The notes under the pieces are model-generated. The model had not been told where the DNA came from. It saw only the letters and a program-made list of their open reading frames with translations, and ran no database searches. The position numbers and the translations under genes are program-made. Below are positions 49,088-58,690 of a stretch of 64,000 bases of DNA, piece after piece. Source of the stretch: an uncultured Desulfospira sp. (lineage in GTDB: Bacteria > Desulfobacterota > Desulfobacteria > Desulfobacterales > Desulfobacteraceae); NCBI GenBank assembly GCA_963663165.1, contig OY760175.1, forward strand, positions 3,744,001-3,808,000. Direction: 5' to 3'. Numbering within the stretch: the stretch's first letter is position 1; each line of letters begins with the position of its first letter.

Positions 49088-50691
49088 TGGCAGACCATAT
49101 ACCGGCAATACCTTCCAGTCAATTTATAATTGAATGCCAACCAATGAAAGGCAAACAAATAAAACAGTGGAAAAGGATGTGCCTCCTTATCCCTGCCGTA
49201 TTGCTGTTATGCACGCTGTTTGCCGGCTGCTCAACCCGGGACAACGACGATCAGACAACCCTGACCTTTGTCTCTGACACCAATACCCATGGGATATCTT
49301 TAGATCCCGCCATTGATTACTGCGGTTCGAGAAATGTCAGTATCGGGACATGTGAAACGCTTTTTAAACTCAACAATGACACCCTTGATGTTGAAGCCCA
49401 TCTGGCCGGCTATTATACCCGGGCCGATGACCACACCTGGCAGATTAATATCCGGGATGACATTGTTTTCTCTAATGGAAAAAAGCTGACAGCGGCGGCT
49501 GTAAAGAAAGCTTTGGCCTATGATTTCAATGGAATAGTCCGCCTTTCCACAATGCTGGACATTGATTCCATGCAGGCTGATGGCCAGGTTTTGACCATCA
49601 AGACCAAATCCGTTGTCGCAACCCTTCCCAGAATTCTAACAGACCCGGGTGCCCTGATTTTTGACACGGAAGGGACAACAGATTACTCAAAAGGCGTTAT
49701 CGGAACCGGTCCTTATATATTGGAAAGCATGGATGAAGAGGGCAACTGCAAGCTAATAAGAAATGAAACGTACTGGCAGGGGGTGCCGGGGGCTGACAAG
49801 GTACATACCAAATTTATTTCAGAGGCATCGGCCATCACCATAGCGCTGCAGGCGGGCGAACTTGATTTTGCAAAGATAGAGCCCTCTGACATTTCCCTTT
49901 TTGAGAGCAGTGACGAATATGAGGTCATGGGGTATGAGACCGGGCGGGTTTATTTTTTGTATCTCAACCCGGAATATGCCGCCACAAAAGATCCGGCTTT
50001 GAGAAAAGCCCTGACCTATGCCTTTGACCGGCAAGCCTATCTAGATGCCATATATGACGGACGGGGAAAAACGACCACCACCATTTTTCCGGTCTGGTCA
50101 GGGTTCTCTGTCAACGATGTTTCCCAGGTAAAATATAACCCTGATAAGGCCAGACAGATCCTGGCGGATGCCGGTTACAGGGATGGTGACGGTGACGGTA
50201 TTCTCGAAAAAAATGGTGAAACCATTTCACTTACAATTGCCTGCTATGCCAATAATGGGTTCTCGGTTTTGAGTGAGGTTCTTCAGGCGTCTTTGCTCAA
50301 GCTGGGGATTAACTCCCATATCATGGTTTCGGATGCCATTGTGGCGGATTTAAAAAAAGGACATTTCAATGTGGCCACATATGGATATACAACCCTGACC
50401 ATGGGAGATTGTTTTAACTTTCTAGAACCGGTATTCCGGACAGGGGCTTTTGCTAACTTTGCCCATTTTTCCAGCACAACTGTCGATTCCCTGCTAACTA
50501 AACTGAAAGCCACATCCGATGTGGCCGCCCGAAAGCAGCTGGCCATTGAAATTCAAAAAAACATCTACGCTGAAGATGACCATGTGTTTCTCATTCATAT
50601 CAGCACATACAACGTCGTTAGAAAAGGTGTAAAAAATGTCACCCCGGATCTTGGCAACTCTTTTAATTTATGGAAGATAACAAAGGAATGA
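49087..50691 (+). CDS. Family-5 ABC substrate-binding lipoprotein (start may be 49144)
   Basis: Lipobox LFAGC; SLDPA; IRDDIVFSNG; IGTGPY. Confidence 0.88.
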   Translation: MADHIPAIPSSQFIIECQPMKGKQIKQWKRMCLLIPAVLLLCTLFAGCSTRDNDDQTTLTFVSDTNTHGISLDPAIDYCGSRNVSIGTCETLFKLNNDTLDVEAHLAGYYTRADDHTWQINIRDDIVFSNGKKLTAAAVKKALAYDFNGIVRLSTMLDIDSMQADGQVLTIKTKSVVATLPRILTDPGALIFDTEGTTDYSKGVIGTGPYILESMDEEGNCKLIRNETYWQGVPGADKVHTKFISEASAITIALQAGELDFAKIEPSDISLFESSDEYEVMGYETGRVYFLYLNPEYAATKDPALRKALTYAFDRQAYLDAIYDGRGKTTTTIFPVWSGFSVNDVSQVKYNPDKARQILADAGYRDGDGDGILEKNGETISLTIACYANNGFSVLSEVLQASLLKLGINSHIMVSDAIVADLKKGHFNVATYGYTTLTMGDCFNFLEPVFRTGAFANFAHFSSTTVDSLLTKLKATSDVAARKQLAIEIQKNIYAEDDHVFLIHISTYNVVRKGVKNVTPDLGNSFNLWKITKE

Positions 50692-51620
50692 GCCCCCTGA
50701 TTTCCATTGAGCATCTAAATGTAAATTATGGGGATGTCCCTGCCTTAAGGGACATCTGCCTGACGGTTCAGGATAATCAGATTATAGGGATTGTGGGAGA
50801 ATCCGGATGCGGCAAAAGCGCCATCATCTGTTCGGCCATGGGGATTTTAGGGAACGGCGGCCATGTTTCCGGCGGTGATATTTTGTACCGGGGCACCTCT
50901 CTTTTGTCACTTTCAGCAAAAAGATTTCGCCGACTGAGAGGCAAGGAAATTGCCCTGATTGCACAAAATCCCATAGCTGCTTTTCATCCCACCCGAAAAA
51001 TCGGCAGCCAGCTGCATGAACTTGTCCGCAGCCACAAAGGCCTCACCTGCACCGAAGCGGACCTGCGAATCCTTGAGCTGTTTAAGCAAATGAACCTTAA
51101 GGAAGGGAAACAGCTTTTAAACCGGTATGCCTTTGAGTTAAGCGGCGGAATGTGCCAGCGGGTTTCCATTGCCATGGCCATGGTTTTACGGCCGCAGCTG
51201 TTGTTTGCCGATGAGCCGACGAGCGCTCTGGACGTTATCACACAAGCACAGGTCGTCAAAGAGCTGATGAAAATAAGGGAAAATTTCGGAACATCCATTG
51301 TTATGGTATCTCATAATATGGGGGTGATCTCCCGCATGGCAGAAGAAATTGTTGTGATGTATGACGGTATTATTGTGGAACGTGGTAAAAAAACACATAT
51401 TCTCTGTCATCCATTTCATGTCTATACACAAAATCTGATCAAAGCGATTCCGCGACTTCATGCCCCTGCCGCCCATGGGGTGCAGACATTTGACAAAACC
51501 GGGATAGCCCCCGGGTGCCCCTTTGGAAACAGGTGCGCCAAACGCAGCAAAATTTGTATGGACCAAATGCCGCCGCTCAGGCATATCAAAAACAAACACT
51601 GGGTGAGATGCTGGAATTGA
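50688..51620 (+). CDS. Peptide/nickel ABC ATPase (DppD-like)
   Basis: GESGCGKS, LSGGMCQR, DEPTSALD, GCPFGNRC. Confidence 0.9.
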   Translation: MSPLISIEHLNVNYGDVPALRDICLTVQDNQIIGIVGESGCGKSAIICSAMGILGNGGHVSGGDILYRGTSLLSLSAKRFRRLRGKEIALIAQNPIAAFHPTRKIGSQLHELVRSHKGLTCTEADLRILELFKQMNLKEGKQLLNRYAFELSGGMCQRVSIAMAMVLRPQLLFADEPTSALDVITQAQVVKELMKIRENFGTSIVMVSHNMGVISRMAEEIVVMYDGIIVERGKKTHILCHPFHVYTQNLIKAIPRLHAPAAHGVQTFDKTGIAPGCPFGNRCAKRSKICMDQMPPLRHIKNKHWVRCWN

Positions 51621-51638
51621 CATCCAAAAGGGAAAACC

Positions 51639-52397
51639 ATGAACCTGCTTGATATCCACAATCTGGATAAATGGTATTATTCTGTAAAAGAAGGCCAGAC
51701 CGTTCATGCGGTCGACCATGTGAGTTTTTCAATGGCCCAAGGGGAATTTTGCGCCCTTATCGGAGAAAGCGGTTGCGGGAAAAGTACGGTTGCAAAGCTT
51801 ATTACAGGACTTTTAACACCCGATGCCGGAGACATTCTGTTTGAAGGCAAATTGCTGACAGCGCCATACCCTAAAAGCATATATAAAAGGCTTCAAATGG
51901 TTTTTCAAGTGCCTTGGGATTCTTTTGATCCGCGCAAAACCATTGGCAACAGTTTAATTGCCATGCAACGCAATTTTGGATCATCAAAGCAGGACGCCAT
52001 AATGAAATCCGAACAGGCTCTTGAAAAAGTCGGTCTAGAAAAAAAAATAATGACCCGGTACCCGGGCCAGATCAGCGGCGGAGAATGCCAGAGGGCTGCC
52101 ATTGCCCGATCACTGACAATTTCGCCTAAATTAATCATCTGTGATGAGATAACAAGTGCCCTGGATGTCAGTGTGCAGGCCCAGATAGTGGAGTTGCTGC
52201 AAACCCTTAGGACCGAATTTGATTTGTCATTATTGTTTATCTCCCATGATCTGGCACTGGTACAGGGACTATGTGACAACATCATGGTGATGCGGGATGG
52301 CGTCATTGTTGAAAAAGCAGCAACCAAAGAACTGCTTGAAAACCCCCGGAATGATTATACCATTGAACTTTTTTCCTCAGCCTTTGACATATCTTGA
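51639..52397 (+). CDS. Peptide/nickel ABC ATPase (DppF/NikE-like)
   Basis: GESGCGKST, ISGGECQR, DEITSALDVSVQAQ. Confidence 0.9.
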   Translation: MNLLDIHNLDKWYYSVKEGQTVHAVDHVSFSMAQGEFCALIGESGCGKSTVAKLITGLLTPDAGDILFEGKLLTAPYPKSIYKRLQMVFQVPWDSFDPRKTIGNSLIAMQRNFGSSKQDAIMKSEQALEKVGLEKKIMTRYPGQISGGECQRAAIARSLTISPKLIICDEITSALDVSVQAQIVELLQTLRTEFDLSLLFISHDLALVQGLCDNIMVMRDGVIVEKAATKELLENPRNDYTIELFSSAFDIS

Positions 52398-52666
52398 ATA
52401 GCCTGCCGGTTCAGTCAACAAACACCTTTGAACTTCCTTTGCAGCAAAAAATTGGCCATGGTGCCGGTTAGGCATATCAATTTGTCTTAGCCCCATAAAT
52501 GCCTATAGATTTTATAGAATGGATTTCTGATTTAGGATTTTTTTTTCAATAGATAAACATTTTAATATCGGCACCAAAAAGCCCAGGCCTTTGAAGCTCT
52601 AAAGCCGGACAAAATTGGCCTTAATTTCTAACCCGATAAAAGGCAGGAAAATACCTAAAAATCCTC

Positions 52667-52818
52667 TTGACAAGCCTATCTGGATACTATTAGATCGGGT
52701 GCTAATCGCCATCGCAGAAGCATGGTGAGTAAAAAGTTCAACCCATATTTAACTTAAAGGCCAAGAAGGCATTATTGACGGACACACCCGTGTCCTTTCA
52801 TGCCTCTTGGCCTTTTTT
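52667..52818 (+). promoter_or_regulatory. Promoter plus attenuator-like leader (copy 2)
   Basis: TTGACA 52667; CGCCATCGC-AGAA-GCATGGTG hairpin; AAAGGCCAAGAAGGCAT...ATGCCTCTTGGCCTTTTTT. Confidence 0.7.
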
Positions 52819-52849
52819 ATTTAGAGGAAAAGGAGAGGAAAAGGAAAAG

Positions 52850-54937
52850 ATGAAACGTGTATTGATTATGTTAAGTGTGCTGCTGCTGTTGATTCCTTCA
52901 TGGGGGTTCGCAGAAGAAACAGACAAGGCAAAAACCAACGCCGAAAATAATGATTCGTCTGTTATTCAATCAGGGACCGAAACCGAGGCAGAACGGGACA
53001 AGGTCTATATGAAAATAGGCGAAATTACGGTTACAGGGAAAGCAGATTACCTGACCACAGCCGATGCCCCGGCCTCGGTGGATGTCATTGGAGCCGATCA
53101 GATAGAGGCTGAAAATGTGGACTTCAGCATGGAACTGCTCAAAAAAGTACCGGGATTTTACTACGGGGACTGGAACCAGGGGGTGACCTCAGCCATGGCC
53201 TCTTTGCGGGGATTTGACAACAACCATGATTCACCCGTCAGCCTGATTGTGGACGGCATCCCCCACAACCCCGGCGGCAGCATGGATATCCAACCCTTTT
53301 TCCCCCTGGAAATCGAGCGGATTGAGGTGGTCAAGGGAACCAGCGATCCCCGTTACGGTTTGCTGAACATTGCCGGTAACATCAACCTGCACACCAAACA
53401 GGGGGGCAATTTCACCAAGGCCAAACTGTTGACCGGCAGTTATGAGACCTATGATGCCAGCCTGATCACAAGCCGGGAGGATGGCGGATTCAGCCAGACT
53501 TACTTTGTTGGGTATCGGGAAACCGAAGGATATCGGGACCACTCAGACGTTCAGAAAGGGGCCGCCTCGGGCAAATGGTTCTATACCAGTAAAGACCAGA
53601 ATTTTTCCATTGGCGCCATTGCAAGGGTTTTTAGCATGGATGCCAATGCACCGGGCTATATCAGTAAAGAAGACGCTGAAAACGATCCCACCAAAGTGGC
53701 GGAGTGGGCCTATTCCGACGGTGGGGAACGGGAGAACCAACACATCAGCACCCACCTTGACTATGCCTTTTCAGACCAGTTGACCTGGTCTTTTAAGACC
53801 TATTATCAGCACCGGGAAAACACCCGGTGGTGCCGGTGGAGTCTTGCGGGCAGCCAGCAGGAACGGTATGCCGACAATGACCAGTACGGGGCTATTTCCA
53901 CCCTCTCTTATGAACTTGTGGATACCTTTATCCCCAGACTCACCCTCAACTGGGGCATGGATTACCAGCACTCGGATGACATCTCCGCGACCTGGTACTC
54001 CGACGACCGGATCCGCCGGGCCGGCGATCCTAGAAATTATTACGACCAGACCTGGTATTACTGGGGCAGCTATGTCCAGGCGGATGGCGATATCAATGAC
54101 TGGCTCCGCTTGACCGCCGGTCTGCGCGTGGATAGTTTTGACGGGGAAATGACCAGCGGGATCACCGGGCTGACCACGGACATGGTGGATATGGATTATA
54201 TCTGGCAGCCCAAGGCCGGATTTATCATCACCCCTGTTGATGGTTACAACTTTTACGGCAACTATGGCCGGTCTTTTCAGACACCGGGCTCTCCGACCCT
54301 GTATGGACAGAGTACGGCAGGCACCGCCATTTCCAGCGATGTTACCTATTCCAAGAACGACGGATGGGAGCTGGGCATTAAAGCCTCTCCGAAGAACTGG
54401 TTAGCCTTCCGTTTAGACTACTGGCAGATGACCGCTTCCGACGAAGTCCGGGAAAAAGGCGACGGCTCACTGGATCTTATCAATGCCGGCAAAACCGAGC
54501 GCAAAGGATGGGACTTTTCCCTCAGTGTCCGTCCCCATAAATGGATTTCGGTGTGGGGTTCATACTCCATTGTTGATGCCACGTATACGGATCCCGGTCC
54601 CACCAATGCCGCCATTAAGGGCAATGAAATCGAGAACGTACCGGAATTCACCTCAAAGGTTGGCGTGGATTTTACCCACCCTTCAGGTTTCTTCTCCAAT
54701 TTCTGGCTGGAGATGCAGGGCGATTACTATGTTGACTCTGCCAATACGGTGGAAAAGGACGGGGGCTACAATATCCTTAACGGCTCTATCGGATTCAAGT
54801 GGAAAAAGGCCACCATCGGCATAGATGTCAAAAACGTATTTGATACCAATTACTGCTCCTTTGTCTGGTTTAACGAGAACGGATACAACCCCGGAGACGG
54901 TAGAAGCGCCTATTTGTGGGTATCTTTAGACTTTTAA
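52850..54937 (+). CDS. TonB-dependent outer-membrane receptor
   Basis: Signal peptide from ATG 52850; EITVTG TonB-box-like; IERIEVVKG; AGNINL; terminal Phe. Confidence 0.92.
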   Translation: MKRVLIMLSVLLLLIPSWGFAEETDKAKTNAENNDSSVIQSGTETEAERDKVYMKIGEITVTGKADYLTTADAPASVDVIGADQIEAENVDFSMELLKKVPGFYYGDWNQGVTSAMASLRGFDNNHDSPVSLIVDGIPHNPGGSMDIQPFFPLEIERIEVVKGTSDPRYGLLNIAGNINLHTKQGGNFTKAKLLTGSYETYDASLITSREDGGFSQTYFVGYRETEGYRDHSDVQKGAASGKWFYTSKDQNFSIGAIARVFSMDANAPGYISKEDAENDPTKVAEWAYSDGGERENQHISTHLDYAFSDQLTWSFKTYYQHRENTRWCRWSLAGSQQERYADNDQYGAISTLSYELVDTFIPRLTLNWGMDYQHSDDISATWYSDDRIRRAGDPRNYYDQTWYYWGSYVQADGDINDWLRLTAGLRVDSFDGEMTSGITGLTTDMVDMDYIWQPKAGFIITPVDGYNFYGNYGRSFQTPGSPTLYGQSTAGTAISSDVTYSKNDGWELGIKASPKNWLAFRLDYWQMTASDEVREKGDGSLDLINAGKTERKGWDFSLSVRPHKWISVWGSYSIVDATYTDPGPTNAAIKGNEIENVPEFTSKVGVDFTHPSGFFSNFWLEMQGDYYVDSANTVEKDGGYNILNGSIGFKWKKATIGIDVKNVFDTNYCSFVWFNENGYNPGDGRSAYLWVSLDF

Positions 54938-54956
54938 GGAATAAAAAGGAAAAATC

Positions 54957-55727
54957 ATGAGAACTAAAATAACGTTGTTTTTGTCTTTGATGCTGTTCGC
55001 ATTGGGTTCCCAGGCCTTTGGCCATGAACTCTGGGTCAATGCCCTGCCGCCGGAAAACGGACTGATCCGGGCGGATATCGGGTATGGGCATGACTTTCCC
55101 ACGGCCGAGACCATTGCTGATGACCGGTTGCACATATTCAAACCCCTGGTACTGGTAACCCCGGAAAAACAGATAGAGATGGTCCAGTCCGGAGAAAACT
55201 ATGCCTACCAGGTAAAAATGGACCTGAAAAAGGAAACCTGCATGGTTCTGGGATTCTACCGCCCGACCTTCTGGTCCAGAGGGGAGTCCGGCTGGGCACA
55301 GACAGACCGGATTCAGCGTCCGGATGCGGATTACGTTGAGGAGGCCGTAATGTACGGCAAAACCATTTTAAACATCAACGGGGCCGCTGACGATGCCCTG
55401 ATCAAAAAGCCTGTTGGAATGCGCCTTGAAATTGTCCCGCTGGTCAATCCCGCCACGGTAAAGGCGGGGGATAAATTTCCCATGCAGGTCCTGTGCGACG
55501 GAAAACCGGCCCGAGTGGTACGGGTCGTTGGATGTTTTGCCGGGTTCTCGGACAAAGGATATATGGCCTTCTCCGGAGAGACAGATGTCAAAGGCATGAT
55601 TGATTTTATCCCGCTTAAAGCCGGATACTGGATTGTTAAAACCAGAGAGACCCTAAAGAACAAGGACAAAACACGGGCAGACGAGGTGGTCTTGGCGTCC
55701 ACCCTGACCTTTACCATCCAGGAATAG
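54957..55727 (+). CDS. DUF4198-type periplasmic metal-uptake-associated protein
   Basis: AFG-HELWV after signal peptide; GYGHDFP; LEIVPLVNP. Confidence 0.8.
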   Translation: MRTKITLFLSLMLFALGSQAFGHELWVNALPPENGLIRADIGYGHDFPTAETIADDRLHIFKPLVLVTPEKQIEMVQSGENYAYQVKMDLKKETCMVLGFYRPTFWSRGESGWAQTDRIQRPDADYVEEAVMYGKTILNINGAADDALIKKPVGMRLEIVPLVNPATVKAGDKFPMQVLCDGKPARVVRVVGCFAGFSDKGYMAFSGETDVKGMIDFIPLKAGYWIVKTRETLKNKDKTRADEVVLASTLTFTIQE

Positions 55728-55779
55728 AAAAGCTATACCCAAAGCCCTGCAAGGGAACAGCGAACCGCTGTTCCCTTGC

Positions 55780-55950
55780 GGGAAGCCGGGCCCCATTCAA
55801 ACCAGACAACATGGTGCGATCCCGGCCAAATTTCGCGCCGATCAGGTAAACTTCAGTACCGGTGCCACGGTATTTATCGGCCCAGGCTTTTTGTTTGATC
55901 ATGGGTTAAGGCGGCTTGCGATATTTTTTCAATGTCCGCCACTTTGAAGT
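55780..55950 (-). pseudogene. Frameshifted C-terminal remnant of an AAA/PD-(D/E)XK nuclease-family gene
   Basis: Fragments FKVADIEK..AL / IKQKAWADKYRG..VYLIGAKF / VVWFEW in shifting frames. Confidence 0.55.
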
Positions 55951-56024
55951 TAAGGCCCGAAGCCTGAAATAATCACCCCAAGGGTGGCCGCGGCCGGCCC
56001 AAACGGCCTATCCTGCATCAATCC

Positions 56025-57248
56025 TCAATCCTCTGAAACAAAATAATCACAATTAATGACTTGCACATCAGAACCCAGAGGCCAGGGGTTGGGGGATCTT
56101 GCAATAATATGCTTTTTCCCGGCTAAGGTGAGAACCCTGGTATTTTTTTCTTTCAGATCATCATAAACCGCATTCATGGTTTTGGCATCTTTATGATCCG
56201 GATTTGTTTTCCATTTTACTTCAAACAGATCCAGTTTTCCGCCTGATTCAACCAGAAAATCAACTTCTCTGGCCCTGTTGTCCCGGTAAAACCAGAGGTG
56301 CGCATTGATATTCTGGTTCCTGATCCATTTTCTAAACTCTGCAAAGATAAATGTTTCCCATATATTTCCCATAAAAGCAGATGTCTGCACACTTCTGGAA
56401 TCCAGACCAAGCAGAAAACAAAGCATGCCGACCTCGCTGAAATATAATTTGGGAGATTTCACCACCCGCTTCCCCGTGCTCCCGAAATACGGTTCAAGAA
56501 AAGATATCTGGTTGCATGCCTCCAGGACACTTAACCACTGGTTGATGGTGTTTAATGTGACACCAACATCTTTTGAAATATCGGTTTTATTTAACAACTG
56601 GCCGTTTCTGGAAGCACAAACCCGGATAAACCGTTCAAAATCCCTTAAATTACCGACATTTACTATTTGCCGGACATCCCTTTCCAGGTAGGTCGCAAGA
56701 TATGTTCTGTAATAATCATGGGCATCCATTTCGGGTTTTTGCCATAGCTCGGGCAGACTTCCCCGGATAAATCCATTGAACAACTGTGGTAAATCATGAT
56801 GGTTAAACCCGTTTGAAGATAGTTCGAAGATGCTCAAACCTTCCAGTTCCAGCCATACGGCACGCCCGGCCAGGCTGTCCGATACCTCTTTCATCAGGTT
56901 AAATTTCTGGGAACCTGTCAAGATATACTGACCTGGAATATCACGATTTTGGTCAACAACCCGTTTTAAATGCCTGAACAGGCCCGGTGCATATTGGGCT
57001 TCGTCAACAATAAGCGGCGAGGGGTTCTGGAAAAGAAACTGCTGGGGATCAACTTCGGCCTGCTCGGCCAGTGAGGGAAGATCGAGACTTATATAATTGA
57101 AATCCGGGAAAACGGTTTTTAAAAGCGTTGTTTTCCCGGTCTGCCTTGCACCGGTTAAAACGATTACCGAAAATTGTTTCGATAAATTTTGAATCTTTTC
57201 AGAAATTTTTCTATAATAATAGATACTTGACAATTTTATTAATCCCAC
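56025..57248 (-). CDS. AAA_14 ATPase with DUF4143 domain (start uncertain)
   Basis: GARQTGKTT, DEAQ, LTGSQ, YLERDV, KSPKLYF, EVDF, EVK. Confidence 0.9.
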   Translation of the reverse strand: MGLIKLSSIYYYRKISEKIQNLSKQFSVIVLTGARQTGKTTLLKTVFPDFNYISLDLPSLAEQAEVDPQQFLFQNPSPLIVDEAQYAPGLFRHLKRVVDQNRDIPGQYILTGSQKFNLMKEVSDSLAGRAVWLELEGLSIFELSSNGFNHHDLPQLFNGFIRGSLPELWQKPEMDAHDYYRTYLATYLERDVRQIVNVGNLRDFERFIRVCASRNGQLLNKTDISKDVGVTLNTINQWLSVLEACNQISFLEPYFGSTGKRVVKSPKLYFSEVGMLCFLLGLDSRSVQTSAFMGNIWETFIFAEFRKWIRNQNINAHLWFYRDNRAREVDFLVESGGKLDLFEVKWKTNPDHKDAKTMNAVYDDLKEKNTRVLTLAGKKHIIARSPNPWPLGSDVQVINCDYFVSED

Positions 57249-57322
57249 TCTGATATTGTCAGTTTCTAATTATTTACAATAAAAGAAGTATATTGTCAAT
57301 TTTTTCCTATAGAAGCGGTGGA

Positions 57323-58687
57323 TTATCCCGGTTTAATTATTTTCCTGAACCGCATCCACCATAAAGACGGACGGCCCAGATTTTTTAGCGCCTCCCGGAC
57401 CTGCCGGACCTGGGCGCAGGAAAGCTTCCGGCCGCCATAGAGTTCAAGTTCAAACGCCTTAAGAATCAAGCGAATCTGGGGCTGCACTGGGGAAAAACAA
57501 AGGCAAAGCCGGGCCGCATATTCAGCCGGTGTTTCGCCGGTTCGCTGTTTTACCCCGCTTCTTTTTCCCCACAACACCAGGCCCTGGTATACCTGTCCTG
57601 CGGTCTGGATCTTTTTAAAAACGGTTGAAAACCAGTTTTTAATCCGCCTGAACCAAATGGCCGGACGCCAAAAAGAAAATGGAAAAAACCTTGGCCGGGA
57701 AGCTTTTTGAGATGGCTGCCGGGAAAAAAGGTATTGAACAGCCAAATACAGCAGCCAGCCCATTACCAGGATCAGCATAAGAATCAGAAGGCCTGCCAGG
57801 CCATATCCAACCAGGATTTCCAGCCACCCGGCTTCCCCGCCGTCCGTGATCGGGTTTACCCCCGAAGGGGGCCCATTCCCGGAAAGGGGTGCCCCCTTGG
57901 CTTGCATACCACGGGGTGCAAATAAGAATCTGAGGATGGCCACAAGGGGCGGCCCTAAAGGAGAAAGCCCCTGCTTTAAAAGGGTGTAGCCCGTACCGGC
58001 AAATGAAGCCATCAGCGGTCTGTACAGAAACACCAGGCCGGCCCCTGCGGCAAGGATAAGGACTATGGCCGTCAACAGGGGACCGACCAGTTGAAATCCA
58101 CTGGAGAATTCTTTTTTGGACCCCGAAGGGCTCCCCGCCAGGAACAAGGCCGTTGAACCGGAAAGGAAAAACAGGAAAATGGCGTTCAGGGTCAAGGGAG
58201 AAGGGAACACAGGGCCTGCCTTGATGTGAATCAGCAGCCGGATAAACAGCAACGCGAACAATAAAGAGAATCCGGCATCAAAATGGTTGCAGCAGGAATA
58301 ATAGGTCCATTTGCGCCGGCCAAGGCTTCTTCCCCTGATCCAGAACAGACCGGTTCCGGTAAAAAAGAGAACCGCCTCATACCACTGGATGGGTGTCTGG
58401 GGGTAAAACAGGAGATTTGCCGACCGGAAAACCGTCACACACATCAGGCCAAATCCTGACAAGTGGCCCAGCAGGGGCCATATTCGCCGCCCTCCCCTGG
58501 CTTTGAAGAAAAAGGTCACCAACACGGCCGCCCCGTAAGCTGCGATGAAGCTTTTTAACGGAACCCCCCGGCCGGTGGTTGCAACAACGATAAAGTGAAA
58601 CAGGGGACACAGCCAGCACAGATCCATGACAGCCCCGAGAAAAACAATGCGGCCGGAAGCCTGGGTGACATTTTCAGTTGAACTCAT
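57323..58687 (-). CDS. Membrane protein with C-terminal DUF4129
   Basis: Many TMs; GETPAEYA...ELYGG. Confidence 0.75.
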   Translation of the reverse strand: MSSTENVTQASGRIVFLGAVMDLCWLCPLFHFIVVATTGRGVPLKSFIAAYGAAVLVTFFFKARGGRRIWPLLGHLSGFGLMCVTVFRSANLLFYPQTPIQWYEAVLFFTGTGLFWIRGRSLGRRKWTYYSCCNHFDAGFSLLFALLFIRLLIHIKAGPVFPSPLTLNAIFLFFLSGSTALFLAGSPSGSKKEFSSGFQLVGPLLTAIVLILAAGAGLVFLYRPLMASFAGTGYTLLKQGLSPLGPPLVAILRFLFAPRGMQAKGAPLSGNGPPSGVNPITDGGEAGWLEILVGYGLAGLLILMLILVMGWLLYLAVQYLFSRQPSQKASRPRFFPFSFWRPAIWFRRIKNWFSTVFKKIQTAGQVYQGLVLWGKRSGVKQRTGETPAEYAARLCLCFSPVQPQIRLILKAFELELYGGRKLSCAQVRQVREALKNLGRPSLWWMRFRKIIKPG

Positions 58688-58690
58688 TCT

